Positions 26,394 through 35,912 of a stretch of 41,990 bases of DNA are shown here, in pieces. Numbering within the stretch: the stretch's first letter is position 1; every line of letters starts with the position of its first letter. A program made the position numbers and the translations under genes. This DNA is from a virus (taxonomy: Duplodnaviria; Caudoviricetes): positions 1-41,990 of IMG/VR virus record IMGVR_UViG_3300037424_000588; one strand, given 5' to 3'. The notes beneath the pieces are model-generated. The model did no database searches, had not been told where the DNA came from, and was given only the letters and a program-made list of their open reading frames with translations.

Positions 26394-26481
26394 GCCCCGG
26401 GCAAGGCGTAAGCCGCGCTGCCCTCTCCCAGCGCACGCCCGGGGCTCCAAACATCAAGGAGAGATCGACAATTCGGAGAGG
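26394..26481 (+). ncRNA. Putative cis-regulatory structured RNA (three-way junction with anti-SD loop)
   Basis: P1 26394-26402/26437-26445 (9 bp perfect); P2 GGC-GTAA-GCC (GNRA loop); P3 GCGCTG/CAGCGC with loop CCCTCTCC. Confidence 0.6.
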
Positions 26482-26487
26482 AATGTC

Positions 26488-26946
26488 ATGGCCCGCAGTG
26501 TTGCAAATTTCACCATTACCGACGCCGGACGGGATAAGGGTAAGATTTTCGTTCTTACCGAAATGCCGGCCAGCCGGGCGGAAGCCTGGGCGATGCGGGC
26601 GCTCTTGGCGCTCATGGCGGCCGGTGTCGAAGTGCCCGAGGGCTTCGAGCGTATGGGTATGGCGGCGATGGCCGAGGTCGGCCTTAAGGCCTTGGGCGGC
26701 CTTACGTGGGACGTAGCCGAACCGTTGCTCGCCGAAATGTGGACTTGCGTGCAGATCATGCCCGACAGCTCCAAGCCGCATATCGTCCGCAATCTGATTG
26801 AAGAAGACGTTGAGGAAATTACGACCCGAATCAAACTGAGAGCGGAGGTGTGGAAGCTGCACACGGGTTTTTTGAAGGCCGTCGTCCGCTCAATCTCCGG
26901 CGGCTCCCCGGCGACGGCCAAGGGAAAGCATTCGCAGAGTACGTAA
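26488..26946 (+). CDS. Tail assembly chaperone (gpG-like)
   Basis: GGAGAGG RBS; GRDKGK.F.LTEM; between the tube and tape-measure genes. Confidence 0.82.
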   Translation: MARSVANFTITDAGRDKGKIFVLTEMPASRAEAWAMRALLALMAAGVEVPEGFERMGMAAMAEVGLKALGGLTWDVAEPLLAEMWTCVQIMPDSSKPHIVRNLIEEDVEEITTRIKLRAEVWKLHTGFLKAVVRSISGGSPATAKGKHSQST

Positions 26947-27095
26947 ATATCTCGGCGCCCATTGCGACCCTGTTGTCAAAACGGATCGCGACGTTGCATG
27001 AATTGGATACGGTTTATGGGGTGCGCGACGTATATGACCTTTTGGAGGTCGTGACGATCGACGACTACAACCGGGCGTTGTCCAACCAAGGGTAA
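26865..27095 (+). CDS. -1 frameshift extension of the tail chaperone (gpT-like)
   Basis: Slippery G GGT TTT at 26865-26871; hairpin 26877-26919; the -1 frame reads ATLHELDTVYGVRDVYDLLEV. Confidence 0.75.
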   Translation, partial: GFFEGRRPLNLRRLPGDGQGKAFAEYVNISAPIATLLSKRIATLHELDTVYGVRDVYDLLEVVTIDDYNRALSNQG

Positions 27096-27101
27096 TTTGA
27101 T

Positions 27102-28523
27102 ATGCCTACCATTATCGACAGTCTGTTGGTCAAGTTGGGCTTGGACTCGTCCGAATATAACAAGGGTAAGGCTGACGTCGAAAAGGGCCTCAAGGATACC
27201 GGTAAGGAAGCCGATGAGGCAGGAAAGAAGCTAAAAAAGAACGCCAAGGACGGTGCCGACGGTTTCGAGAAGATAACCAAAAGTGTCGTCAAATACCTGG
27301 CGCTTATCGGAAGCGCCGCGCAGGTGAAGCGTTTTGTTACCGATCAGATTGAAGCGAACGCTTCGCTTTACCGCCTTTCGCAAAACCTCAATCAAAACGC
27401 AAACGACATTTCCGCATGGTCCAATGCCACGGAGCTTGCCGGCGGATCCGCCGATGGTCTACGCGGAACCATGGACATGCTCAGTCAATCGCAAACTGAA
27501 CTGCAGCTGACCGGAGAAAGCGGGCTGATCCCCTTCTTCTCTGCGCTGGGTTTAAGCCTGACCGATACCAAAGGCAAAGCCCTTCCTGTCAATGACCTAC
27601 TGCTGAATTTGGCCGATCGGTTCAGCAAAATGGACCGCACGACCGCCAACAACATGGGGCGGATGATGGGTATCGATCAGGGCACCTTGCAATTGCTGCT
27701 CAAGGGTCGCTCAGAAGTCCAATTGATGATCTCCCGGCAAAAGGAATATGGGGCCGTTACAAAAAAGCAGGCCGAAGAGGCGACGCGGCTGCGTAACGCC
27801 ATGGTCAGCAGCCGGCAGAGTTTCGAGGCGTTCGGTCGTGAACTGCTATCAGCCGCCACGCCTGCGTTGGAAAAAATATTTTCACTCTTCGCGGACTTTG
27901 GCGCGTGGGTTCGAAGCAATAAGGAATTTGTGCAAACGTTCCTCACCGTCCTTGCTGCGGGTCTTGGGGCCGTCGCCCTGGCCACGATTCCGATCAGTTT
28001 GACGGCAGTAAGCGTGCTGGCCTTGGCCGCTGCGGTCGCTGCCCTATGGCAGGACTATCAGGTATGGAAGCGCGGCGGCGACAGTTTGATCGATTGGGGC
28101 AAATGGGGGCCGGGCATCGAAGCGGCCGGCCGGGGGATCAAAAAGCTCAAGGATTTGTTGAGCGATTTAATTTATCGGGAAATTGCCGCGATCGATCTGA
28201 TCGGCGCCCTGTTCTCGGGGGACTGGACTCGGGCCAAATTCGCGGCAGGCGAGCTTATAAGCGGTAGCCCCAGCGGCGAACAGAGTGCCCCCAGCAAGCT
28301 GGGCGGCATCCCGGGGGCAGCGGGGGCCGCAGCTGGGGCCGGCGCGGGCCAGGTCGCCATGGCGAACACCCAGGGTGGCGGAGGGGTGGCCAATAGCGTG
28401 GAAACCCACATCGGCGAAGTGAAGGTTTACACGGCGGCCACTGATGCGCCGGGCATTGCCAACGACATGGGTAAATCGCTAGATTACCTGTTCACGTCCC
28501 AGGCAAATTACGGGTTGTTCTGA
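27102..28523 (+). CDS. Tape measure protein (short, 473 aa)
   Basis: IIDSLLVKLGLD start, helical Ala/Lys-rich body, hydrophobic segment; synteny. Confidence 0.85.
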   Translation: MPTIIDSLLVKLGLDSSEYNKGKADVEKGLKDTGKEADEAGKKLKKNAKDGADGFEKITKSVVKYLALIGSAAQVKRFVTDQIEANASLYRLSQNLNQNANDISAWSNATELAGGSADGLRGTMDMLSQSQTELQLTGESGLIPFFSALGLSLTDTKGKALPVNDLLLNLADRFSKMDRTTANNMGRMMGIDQGTLQLLLKGRSEVQLMISRQKEYGAVTKKQAEEATRLRNAMVSSRQSFEAFGRELLSAATPALEKIFSLFADFGAWVRSNKEFVQTFLTVLAAGLGAVALATIPISLTAVSVLALAAAVAALWQDYQVWKRGGDSLIDWGKWGPGIEAAGRGIKKLKDLLSDLIYREIAAIDLIGALFSGDWTRAKFAAGELISGSPSGEQSAPSKLGGIPGAAGAAAGAGAGQVAMANTQGGGGVANSVETHIGEVKVYTAATDAPGIANDMGKSLDYLFTSQANYGLF

Positions 28524-28525
28524 TC

Positions 28526-29257
28526 ATGCTCATCCCATTCCCCAATGTGCCGAATCAGCCCGGAGTGCCGGCGATCCCCAGGTCGCCGAAATTCCCCACG
28601 ATTCCGCGAATCGATCTCGGCTCCGTCGCGGAGCTGTTGTGGCGGGTCATTCAGGCCCAGGCCAGTTGGGGCATTTTCGATGCCAAAGGTACGCCGCTGG
28701 GGAACCCGTCGCAGTTTACCGGACTGATCGGTGACCTGCTGCAAAGCTCCGTGCTATCAACCGGATCGGTGGACTACTCCAAGGAAACCCGAGTCAGCGA
28801 TTTTCCCTTGGAGCGCGGAGGGTTTGCCAGTTATAACAAAGTCGAAATGCCGGCGGCGCCGCTCGTGACTTTATGCCTGCAAGGCAGCGAAGGGGATCGC
28901 CGGGCGTTCCTGGAAGCCGTCGATAAGGCGAACAAGTCGACGGATCTTTATAGCGTAGTGACGCCCGAAATTACCTACATCAATTACAGCATTGAGCGAT
29001 ACAACTACTCCCGGCGAAATTCAAAAGGCGCGACTCTGTTGATCGTTGAAATAACGCTTAAGGAAATCCGCCAGGTATCTGCGCTGTATACCGCAAAGCA
29101 AATTGACGAGCCGAAAGACGCTGGCGCAACTCCGCAAGTCGATAACGGAAAGGTGCAGGCGCAACGGCCGCAGGGCTCGACGCTGAAAGGGATCGCAAAG
29201 AAACTTCCAGCCTTGGCTGATACGGTCGGGGAATATTTTCAAGGGTTGGTGAACTGA
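28526..29257 (+). CDS. Baseplate/tube-initiator protein
   Basis: SDFPLERGGFASYNKV; synteny. Confidence 0.75.
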   Translation: MLIPFPNVPNQPGVPAIPRSPKFPTIPRIDLGSVAELLWRVIQAQASWGIFDAKGTPLGNPSQFTGLIGDLLQSSVLSTGSVDYSKETRVSDFPLERGGFASYNKVEMPAAPLVTLCLQGSEGDRRAFLEAVDKANKSTDLYSVVTPEITYINYSIERYNYSRRNSKGATLLIVEITLKEIRQVSALYTAKQIDEPKDAGATPQVDNGKVQAQRPQGSTLKGIAKKLPALADTVGEYFQGLVN

Positions 29258-29565
29258 TGCAAACCGTGCCGATACAGCCCGTCCCCTCGCAATCGACCAA
29301 AGTGGTGTTGGGCGGCCAGAATTGCCAGATTCTGATCTACCAAAAGTCGCAGGGCATTTTCGTCGACGTCAATGCCGACGGCGTGGATATTGTGACCGCG
29401 GTCATTGCGCGCGATGCTGTGCCGATCGTTTGCCGGGAATACGCCGGTTTTGAGGGAAATTTGCTGTTCATCGATACGCAGGGGAACGACGATCCGTTCT
29501 ACGAGGGGCTGGGGAGCCGGTGGACTCTCGTATACCTGACGGCCGCAGAATATGCCCTCCTTTAG
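29257..29565 (+). CDS. Small baseplate protein
   Basis: P.PSQ, GNLLFID..G..DP.Y.GLG.RW.L.Y. Confidence 0.75.
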   Translation: MQTVPIQPVPSQSTKVVLGGQNCQILIYQKSQGIFVDVNADGVDIVTAVIARDAVPIVCREYAGFEGNLLFIDTQGNDDPFYEGLGSRWTLVYLTAAEYALL

Positions 29566-30427
29566 CAATCAAAAACAACTGCGGTTCGTCATTACCTTGG
29601 GAACAGGTAAGTTCGGCTCGTCCAATAACGATACCATCACGTTACAAGGATTTCGCGCGACCGCCGATGTCGATAAAGCCGGCGGTATGATGATGAGCAC
29701 TTTGCGTGCCAAGATTTACGGCGTCGCGCAAGCCGACATGAATAGCGTCACCACTCTGCAATGGAAAACGGGCCTTTTGATTCCCAACACGGTTGAGGTC
29801 TACGCGATTGACGGTGCCGCGGAAACTCTGGTTTTTGCCGGGAACATAGTGAACGCCTGGGCAGATTATCAAGGGATGCCCGACGTGTTCTTGCATGTGC
29901 AGGCGCAGGCCGCCTTTTTTAACACTTTGAAGGCTGTGCCGCCTCGTAGTTTTGACGGCGGTGTCGATGTGCCCAGCGTAATGGCTCAAATTGCCCGCGA
30001 TCTCGGCTACACCTTCGAGAATAACGGGGTCGCTACTCAGTTGGTCGACGTGTATTTGCCCAATACCGGCATGGAGCAAGCAAAGGATTTGGCACGGGCG
30101 GCCGGTTGCGATCTGTACCTTGACGATACGATTTTGGCGATCACTCCCAAGGGTGTGCCCCGAAATACCCTTATCCCGCTGATCTCGCCATCCTCAGGCC
30201 TTGTGGGATATCCGACGTTCGACGGAGTCGGCGTATACTTCCGGACGTTATTTAATCCGGGGATCACCTTCGGGGGATCCGTGAAATTGGAAACCGATGT
30301 ACAGCAGGCGGCGGGGGAATGGGTGGTGACGTCGGTAAATCATCGACTCGAATCGGAAAAGCCGGGCGGCGCCTGGTTCTCAACTGTACGAGGGAATTTA
30401 AATGGCCTCGCCGTCGTCGGACGCTAG
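29552..30427 (+). CDS. Baseplate hub protein
   Basis: Synteny; GLVGYP, LFNP, PGGAWF. Confidence 0.78.
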   Translation: MPSFSNQKQLRFVITLGTGKFGSSNNDTITLQGFRATADVDKAGGMMMSTLRAKIYGVAQADMNSVTTLQWKTGLLIPNTVEVYAIDGAAETLVFAGNIVNAWADYQGMPDVFLHVQAQAAFFNTLKAVPPRSFDGGVDVPSVMAQIARDLGYTFENNGVATQLVDVYLPNTGMEQAKDLARAAGCDLYLDDTILAITPKGVPRNTLIPLISPSSGLVGYPTFDGVGVYFRTLFNPGITFGGSVKLETDVQQAAGEWVVTSVNHRLESEKPGGAWFSTVRGNLNGLAVVGR

Positions 30428-31175
30428 TGGTATCCCGAGCGGCCAATTTCGGTCGCAAAGTCCTTGGGGCGAATTCAACAACGTTGCTTTTGTCGTCCAA
30501 CAGGCGCTGGGAAAAATGCAAACCGCGACCCTGGTGCGCATCGAGTCGTGCACCAACTCCGGCGGCGTGTCCCCCGTGGGATACGTGAACGTCACGCCCC
30601 TGATCAATCAGCTTGACGGCCAGGGCAACCCGACTCCCCATGTGACCATCTATAGCCTTCCGTATCTGAGGCTGCAGGGCGGCGCCAACGGCATTATATT
30701 GGACCCGGAGCCGGGGGACATTGGTGTCGCAGTATTCGCCAGCCGTGATATTTCCCAAGTCAAAACGACAAAAAAGCAAGGCAACCCCGGGAGCTGGCGG
30801 CAATACAATTTTGCCGACGGCATGTATCTGGGCGGAATGCTCAATGGTACCCCGACGCAATATGTCCAATTCAGCACCACCGGTATCCGCATCCACTCGC
30901 CTACCCAGGTCAATATAGACGCCCCCGACGTGCTGATCGAAGCGCAGACGGTGACTATTGACGCCAGTACGTCAGTCACGGTTACGACGCCGACTTTCAC
31001 GGTAAATGGCGCCACGGTCCTTAACGGCACTCTTTCCCAGGCAGGCGGCGGCGCAGCCACGTTCTCTGGCTCAATGACCGTCGACGGGGACGTGACGGCG
31101 GAGGGCACCAGCGTGCATACTCACGTTCACGGCGGCGTGCAGACCGGCGGCGGAACCACGGGGGCTCCCGTATGA
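30402..31175 (+). CDS. Baseplate central spike (gpV/gp138-like)
   Basis: DPEPGDIG.AVFASRDIS; beta-helix; HTHVHGGV metal-binding apex. Confidence 0.88.
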   Translation: MASPSSDASGIPSGQFRSQSPWGEFNNVAFVVQQALGKMQTATLVRIESCTNSGGVSPVGYVNVTPLINQLDGQGNPTPHVTIYSLPYLRLQGGANGIILDPEPGDIGVAVFASRDISQVKTTKKQGNPGSWRQYNFADGMYLGGMLNGTPTQYVQFSTTGIRIHSPTQVNIDAPDVLIEAQTVTIDASTSVTVTTPTFTVNGATVLNGTLSQAGGGAATFSGSMTVDGDVTAEGTSVHTHVHGGVQTGGGTTGAPV

Positions 31176-31531
31176 CGACATACAACACCTTGTTGCTCGA
31201 CCAGACCGCATGGGACTTGGTCATAGACAGCGCTGGCAACATCGCCATGGCAGCGCCCCCTTATGCCCTGGCGCAGGACGTCGCCAGCGCGGTACGGCTT
31301 TTCCTGGGCGAACTTTGGTACAATACGCCGAAGGGTATACCTTATTTTGAAAATGTACTTGGGCACCTTCCGCCCCTGTCGCTGCTGACCGGTTATATTG
31401 AGAATGCGGCATTGACGGTTCCCGGGGTGGTGTCGGCACAATGCGTGATTTCGCAATTCAGTTCCCGCGCGATCACCGGGCAAATTCAGTTTATTGACGA
31501 GACGGGGGCCGCACGTGGCGTCACCTTCTAG
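31172..31531 (+). CDS. Baseplate wedge/sheath initiator (gp25/gpW-like)
   Basis: WDL..D..GNIA, LFLGELWYN...GIPY. Confidence 0.78.
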   Translation: MTTYNTLLLDQTAWDLVIDSAGNIAMAAPPYALAQDVASAVRLFLGELWYNTPKGIPYFENVLGHLPPLSLLTGYIENAALTVPGVVSAQCVISQFSSRAITGQIQFIDETGAARGVTF

Positions 31532-32732
31532 CGTACCGAAAATCCAGTTTACCGAATCCGGCCTCGTCATTCCGGCGGAAACTGACATTTTGGCAGGTGT
31601 ACAGGCCGACATGGACGCCGCGTTTGGCGGCGGCCTGAATCCCAGTCTTGAGACGCCACAAGGGCAACTCGCGTCAAGTCAGGCGGCAGTCATCGGCGAC
31701 AAGAACAGCGAAATTGCACACATCGTCAATCAGGTGGATCCGCAGTACGCCGCAGACCGCTTCCAGGACGCCATAGGCCGCATTTACTTCCTCACCCGTA
31801 AAGCCGCGACTCCCACGGCTGTTACTGCCACCCTGGGCGGCGTGGCGGGCACCGTGGTACCGGCGGGTACTTTTGCTCAGGACACCAGCGGCAACACCTA
31901 TGCCTTGAGCGGCGACGCAACCATTGGGGCCGGTGGTACGGTCAATGCTGAATTTCAGAATATCGAGACTGGCCCCATTCCTTGCGCCGCCGGTACGCTC
32001 ACGTCGGTATATCAGGCCGTCCCCGGGTGGGACACCATCACCAATGCTGCTGACGGTACGATGGGCTCCGACGTTGAGAACCGGGCGGACTTCGAATACC
32101 GGCGGCGCAACTCCGTCGCCCTGAACAGCAAAGGGACGCCCCAGGCAATTTATGCGGAGGTGTTCGCAACGCCGGACGTGCTCGACGTATATGTCATCGA
32201 TAACCCGTCCGACGCCACGGTAAATACTGGCGCCACGAATTACCCCATCGTCGCGCATTCGGTTTACGTCGCCGTTGTGGGAGGCACTGACGCCGAGGTC
32301 GCCGCCGCCATTTGGCGTAAAAAAGATACCGGCTGCGACTACAATGGGAATACGTCGGTTACCGTCACGGATGACGTTGGCTATAGCTACCCGCAGCCGA
32401 CGTATGTGGTGAAATTCGAGCGGCCGGCGGCGCTTCCCGTACTGTTTGCGGTGAGCCTCGTCGATGACCCGACGTTGCCGGCGGATATCGTACAACGGGT
32501 AAAAACCGCCATCATTGCCCGGTTCAACGGTGCCGATGGCACCACTCGTGAGCGCATCGGCTCGTTGATCCTTGCCAGCCGGTATTATGGCGCAGTCGTG
32601 GCCGTCGCCAATAATGTATCGTTGATCAGCGTACTGATCGGCACCAGCACTGCAACGTTGAGCCAAGTCGCGGTAGGTATCGATCAGAAGCCCACTTTGT
32701 CTGAAGATGACATCGCGGTGACCTTAGTATGA
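31515..32732 (+). CDS. Baseplate J/gp47-family protein
   Basis: ETPQGQLA, DAIGRIYFL.R, G.DVE....EYRR. Confidence 0.88.
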   Translation: MASPSSVPKIQFTESGLVIPAETDILAGVQADMDAAFGGGLNPSLETPQGQLASSQAAVIGDKNSEIAHIVNQVDPQYAADRFQDAIGRIYFLTRKAATPTAVTATLGGVAGTVVPAGTFAQDTSGNTYALSGDATIGAGGTVNAEFQNIETGPIPCAAGTLTSVYQAVPGWDTITNAADGTMGSDVENRADFEYRRRNSVALNSKGTPQAIYAEVFATPDVLDVYVIDNPSDATVNTGATNYPIVAHSVYVAVVGGTDAEVAAAIWRKKDTGCDYNGNTSVTVTDDVGYSYPQPTYVVKFERPAALPVLFAVSLVDDPTLPADIVQRVKTAIIARFNGADGTTRERIGSLILASRYYGAVVAVANNVSLISVLIGTSTATLSQVAVGIDQKPTLSEDDIAVTLV

Positions 32733-33394
32733 TCGACGTTGAACAAACGATAATCAGCCAGTACGGGAACAGCGCGACCATCCCGCAGCTGATCCGTAAT
32801 ATGAATGAATACGTCGACCCGCGGGTCGACTTCGACACCTTTTATGATTTCGTTTGGAATGTGGAGACTGCACAGGGTTTCGGTTTGGATATCTGGGGGC
32901 GCATAGTCAATATTTCCCGAGAATTGCAAGTGACCCAAGATCCCTATTTCTTCGGGTTTTCGGAAGCTCTGCCCGGATCCTATCCGTTCGAGGAACTGCC
33001 GTTTTATGACGGAATCGGCGCCACCGACACATATCGCCTGGCGGACGACGCATACCGGCAATTGATTTTGGTCAAGGCGTTAAGCAACATTTCTGCCGCG
33101 AGTGCGCAATCGATAAATCAACTTCTGCAAAATATGTTCGCTGGGCGTGGCCGCTGCTACGTGAATGACCTGGGCGGCATGCAGTTGCGATACACATTCG
33201 AATTCTTGCTTACTAATTATGAATTTGCGATTATGACGCAATCGGGAGCTTTGCCAAGGCCGGCGGGAGTTGGTGCCATACTCATAACCACCGACATCCC
33301 CGTTTTCGGCTTTTCCGAAGCTGGGACAGGGTCGGCGGCGCCATTTGGGCAAGCCCCATTTATCCAGGAAGGCCATACTCATGCAGCTAATTAA
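32729..33394 (+). CDS. Baseplate wedge protein (DUF2612)
   Basis: ISQY.NS, TAQGFGLDIWGRIV, LPRPAGV. Confidence 0.85.
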   Translation: MIDVEQTIISQYGNSATIPQLIRNMNEYVDPRVDFDTFYDFVWNVETAQGFGLDIWGRIVNISRELQVTQDPYFFGFSEALPGSYPFEELPFYDGIGATDTYRLADDAYRQLILVKALSNISAASAQSINQLLQNMFAGRGRCYVNDLGGMQLRYTFEFLLTNYEFAIMTQSGALPRPAGVGAILITTDIPVFGFSEAGTGSAAPFGQAPFIQEGHTHAAN

Positions 33395-35390
33395 CGCTCC
33401 CGGCAAACTCGTTTTGCCATTCGCTGAAGCCGGCGGGAAGAATACGATTCCCGTCGACTCGCAGATCGGCATTACCGCCGGCGCCGCGTCGCTGAAAGAC
33501 GGCTTCCCTCCGTTGACCCGCACACCCCTTGCCGCCGGCGGTACGCCTCCGTCAGGCTTGGACATGAACGGGATCCTTTACGAGCTGTCCGCAATTATCC
33601 GGTGGGCAAACGCTGGCGCAGGGTTCGTTTATGACGCCACTTTTGCGACGGACACCAACGTCGCCGGATACCCGAAGGGTGCCCGCGTGTTGCGTTCGGA
33701 TGGCCTGGGTTACTGGTTCAACACCGTCGACGACAATACCACTGATCCTGAGGCTGGCGGAGCCGGCTGGGTGCCGGACTACACCAGCGGTGTAACTGCG
33801 GTGACGATGACCGGATCGAACGTGACCCTTACCGCCCTGCAATACGGCAAGCCCACCATCGTAATTTCGGGCACGCTCACCACAAACCTGAATTTGATTT
33901 TCCCCAGCATCGCCGGGAAATGGACTGTCATCAACAACACCGCAGGTCCGTATACGATCACCTGCAAGACTGCTGCGGGAACCGGCGCAATCGTCAATAC
34001 CGTTCAGGCAATCGTCGGCGACGGGACCAATATCTACAGCTCGACGAACGATGCGATCGCCCAGCTAAGTACGCTGATTGCGACAGCTGGCGGCACCGCC
34101 GACGCCCTCACCGCCACTTTCTCCCCGGCGCCCAGGCGTTGGCCGACGGGCGTACCGTTCATGGTGCGGGCCGCGTCAGCCAACGCCACCGCGACACCGA
34201 CATTCACGGCAAATAGCGGCACTCTGACCGCCAAAACCATCGTCAAGGCATCCAATACGCCTTTGGTGGCCGGAGATATCGCCGGCGCCGGTCACTGGCT
34301 GTTGCTGCAATACGATGCAACTCTCGACAAGGTCGTATTGCTCAATCCCGGAACCAGTAATGTCCCGGTGAGCACCATGTCGAGATACATAACCGCTCTC
34401 GCCAACAACACGGCATCTAGTGGTTATTGGATGCCGATTGCAACATGGACTCCCCACCCGACATTATCCGATGGACTGACGCTGCGGCTGCGCGTTATCG
34501 GCGCAATAAACTTGCGCGGAGCGGTTGACCTGGAACTAGTGTTGACGCAAGACCCCACATTGGGGCTGGTTGTCGGTAATTGCTCCGCACGTACTATCAA
34601 TGGTGTTGCTGTCAACGCGGCCTATATGCCTCAATTCAAGGCGGTCGCTGCCTCAACTGCCGTTGGGTCAATGGTGACCCTATATGTGCAGATGAACGCA
34701 ACCTATGTCACGCCTATCATATACGAGATAAGCAAGGCGCAATATCAAGCGGCGGCGGTGTTGGCGTATCTCACTGGGCAGTCGTGGTCAGTGACTGAGC
34801 CCTCCGGTGCGTTCGAGGTTAAATCCTACTCAGGTTCCTTCGGCGGCCGTCAGCTCGCCAACGTAATCGATGTGTCCAACCTCACTGTCGACACCATCCT
34901 CCAGCCTGGCGAGACGGCGATCGTATCGTGGACCTCAACGACCTCCAAGGCGTTGCGAATCAACACCACCAACGGTGGGATATTTGAGATCGACGTCGAC
35001 ACGGATATGGGCGGTCCCGACGCGGCCATCACTCTGCGTCCCAACAACACGTCCTACGGTACCGCGATTAGCGATCACGTTAATCGTACCATCGCCAACA
35101 CGACCCAGGGGCTGCAACAGACCGCCGGGGTGTTCCAGTTGGCGTATGGGCAAAAGAATAGCAACAGCCCCATGTTTGCCTCGGGTCGTGTACACATTGG
35201 GTCGACAGGTGCATCAGCGAATGCCCTGAAACGATACGAGGGCGTCGGGTACGGCCTAGTGGCCGGCGTGAATGAAACTCGCCGTTATGCCTCGGTTTGG
35301 ATCGACAACTCCACATTGTGGAGTTCGCTCGGTACGTTATCGTTCGGCAATGCGTGCAGTGGCACCGCCACCATCCGGAGGATTTCCTAA
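33381..35390 (+). CDS. Tail fibre protein
   Basis: PFA..G.KNTIP, GFPPLT...AGG.PP.G.DMNGIL, GYPKGA N-terminal anchor; Thr/Ala/Gly-rich remainder. Confidence 0.88.
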   Translation: MQLINAPGKLVLPFAEAGGKNTIPVDSQIGITAGAASLKDGFPPLTRTPLAAGGTPPSGLDMNGILYELSAIIRWANAGAGFVYDATFATDTNVAGYPKGARVLRSDGLGYWFNTVDDNTTDPEAGGAGWVPDYTSGVTAVTMTGSNVTLTALQYGKPTIVISGTLTTNLNLIFPSIAGKWTVINNTAGPYTITCKTAAGTGAIVNTVQAIVGDGTNIYSSTNDAIAQLSTLIATAGGTADALTATFSPAPRRWPTGVPFMVRAASANATATPTFTANSGTLTAKTIVKASNTPLVAGDIAGAGHWLLLQYDATLDKVVLLNPGTSNVPVSTMSRYITALANNTASSGYWMPIATWTPHPTLSDGLTLRLRVIGAINLRGAVDLELVLTQDPTLGLVVGNCSARTINGVAVNAAYMPQFKAVAASTAVGSMVTLYVQMNATYVTPIIYEISKAQYQAAAVLAYLTGQSWSVTEPSGAFEVKSYSGSFGGRQLANVIDVSNLTVDTILQPGETAIVSWTSTTSKALRINTTNGGIFEIDVDTDMGGPDAAITLRPNNTSYGTAISDHVNRTIANTTQGLQQTAGVFQLAYGQKNSNSPMFASGRVHIGSTGASANALKRYEGVGYGLVAGVNETRRYASVWIDNSTLWSSLGTLSFGNACSGTATIRRIS

Positions 35391-35912
35391 ATGACCATCT
35401 ACGCGCAGATTATTGAGGGGAGCGTTGCGGCCCGCGACTCCGGCTGGGACGGGTTCGACGAGGCCGCGACGCTGGATGAGGGATTCAAGCCATTCGACGT
35501 GCCGGACGAGGGATGGCTGCAGGTGGCGGACGGCAAGATTATCGTCGTCGACCCGACGCCCGCGCGTAAAGTGGAAGCCAAGGTAAAAGCCTGGGACAAC
35601 ATCAAGGCCGAACGCGATCGGCGTAAGGCCGCCGGCGTCAAGGTCAAGACCAAGCGCTACCACACCGACGACGCTTCCCGCCTCCAGTATCTGGCGCTGG
35701 TCACCATGGGCACCGGCATTCCTGCTGACCTGAAATGGAAGACCATGGACGGTTCATTCGTAGCCATGACCCCGGCCCTCGCCGCCGCCGTATTTGCCGC
35801 GGTCGCCGCCAATGATCACGCCATATTCGCCGCTGCCGAAGTGCACCGCGAGAAAATGGAAGTGTCGGCCGATCCCCTCGCCTACGATTATTCTACGGGC
35901 TGGCCGGCGTGA
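35391..35912 (+). CDS. Tail fibre assembly protein (DUF4376-type)
   Basis: W..IKAERDRR, YHTD..SR.Q, WKTMDGSFV, YDYSTGWP. Confidence 0.82.
   Translation: MTIYAQIIEGSVAARDSGWDGFDEAATLDEGFKPFDVPDEGWLQVADGKIIVVDPTPARKVEAKVKAWDNIKAERDRRKAAGVKVKTKRYHTDDASRLQYLALVTMGTGIPADLKWKTMDGSFVAMTPALAAAVFAAVAANDHAIFAAAEVHREKMEVSADPLAYDYSTGWPA

Noticed and set aside
24833-26404. 523-aa minus-strand ORF
   Set aside because: Antisense shadow of the sheath and tube genes
26394-26445. Hairpin after the tail tube gene as an intrinsic terminator or tRNA
   Set aside because: No U-tract; only two internal arms, with no T-loop or CCA features
33381-35912. Diversity-generating retroelement or invertible fibre cassette
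   Set aside because: No reverse transcriptase, invertase or duplicated template/variable repeat seen
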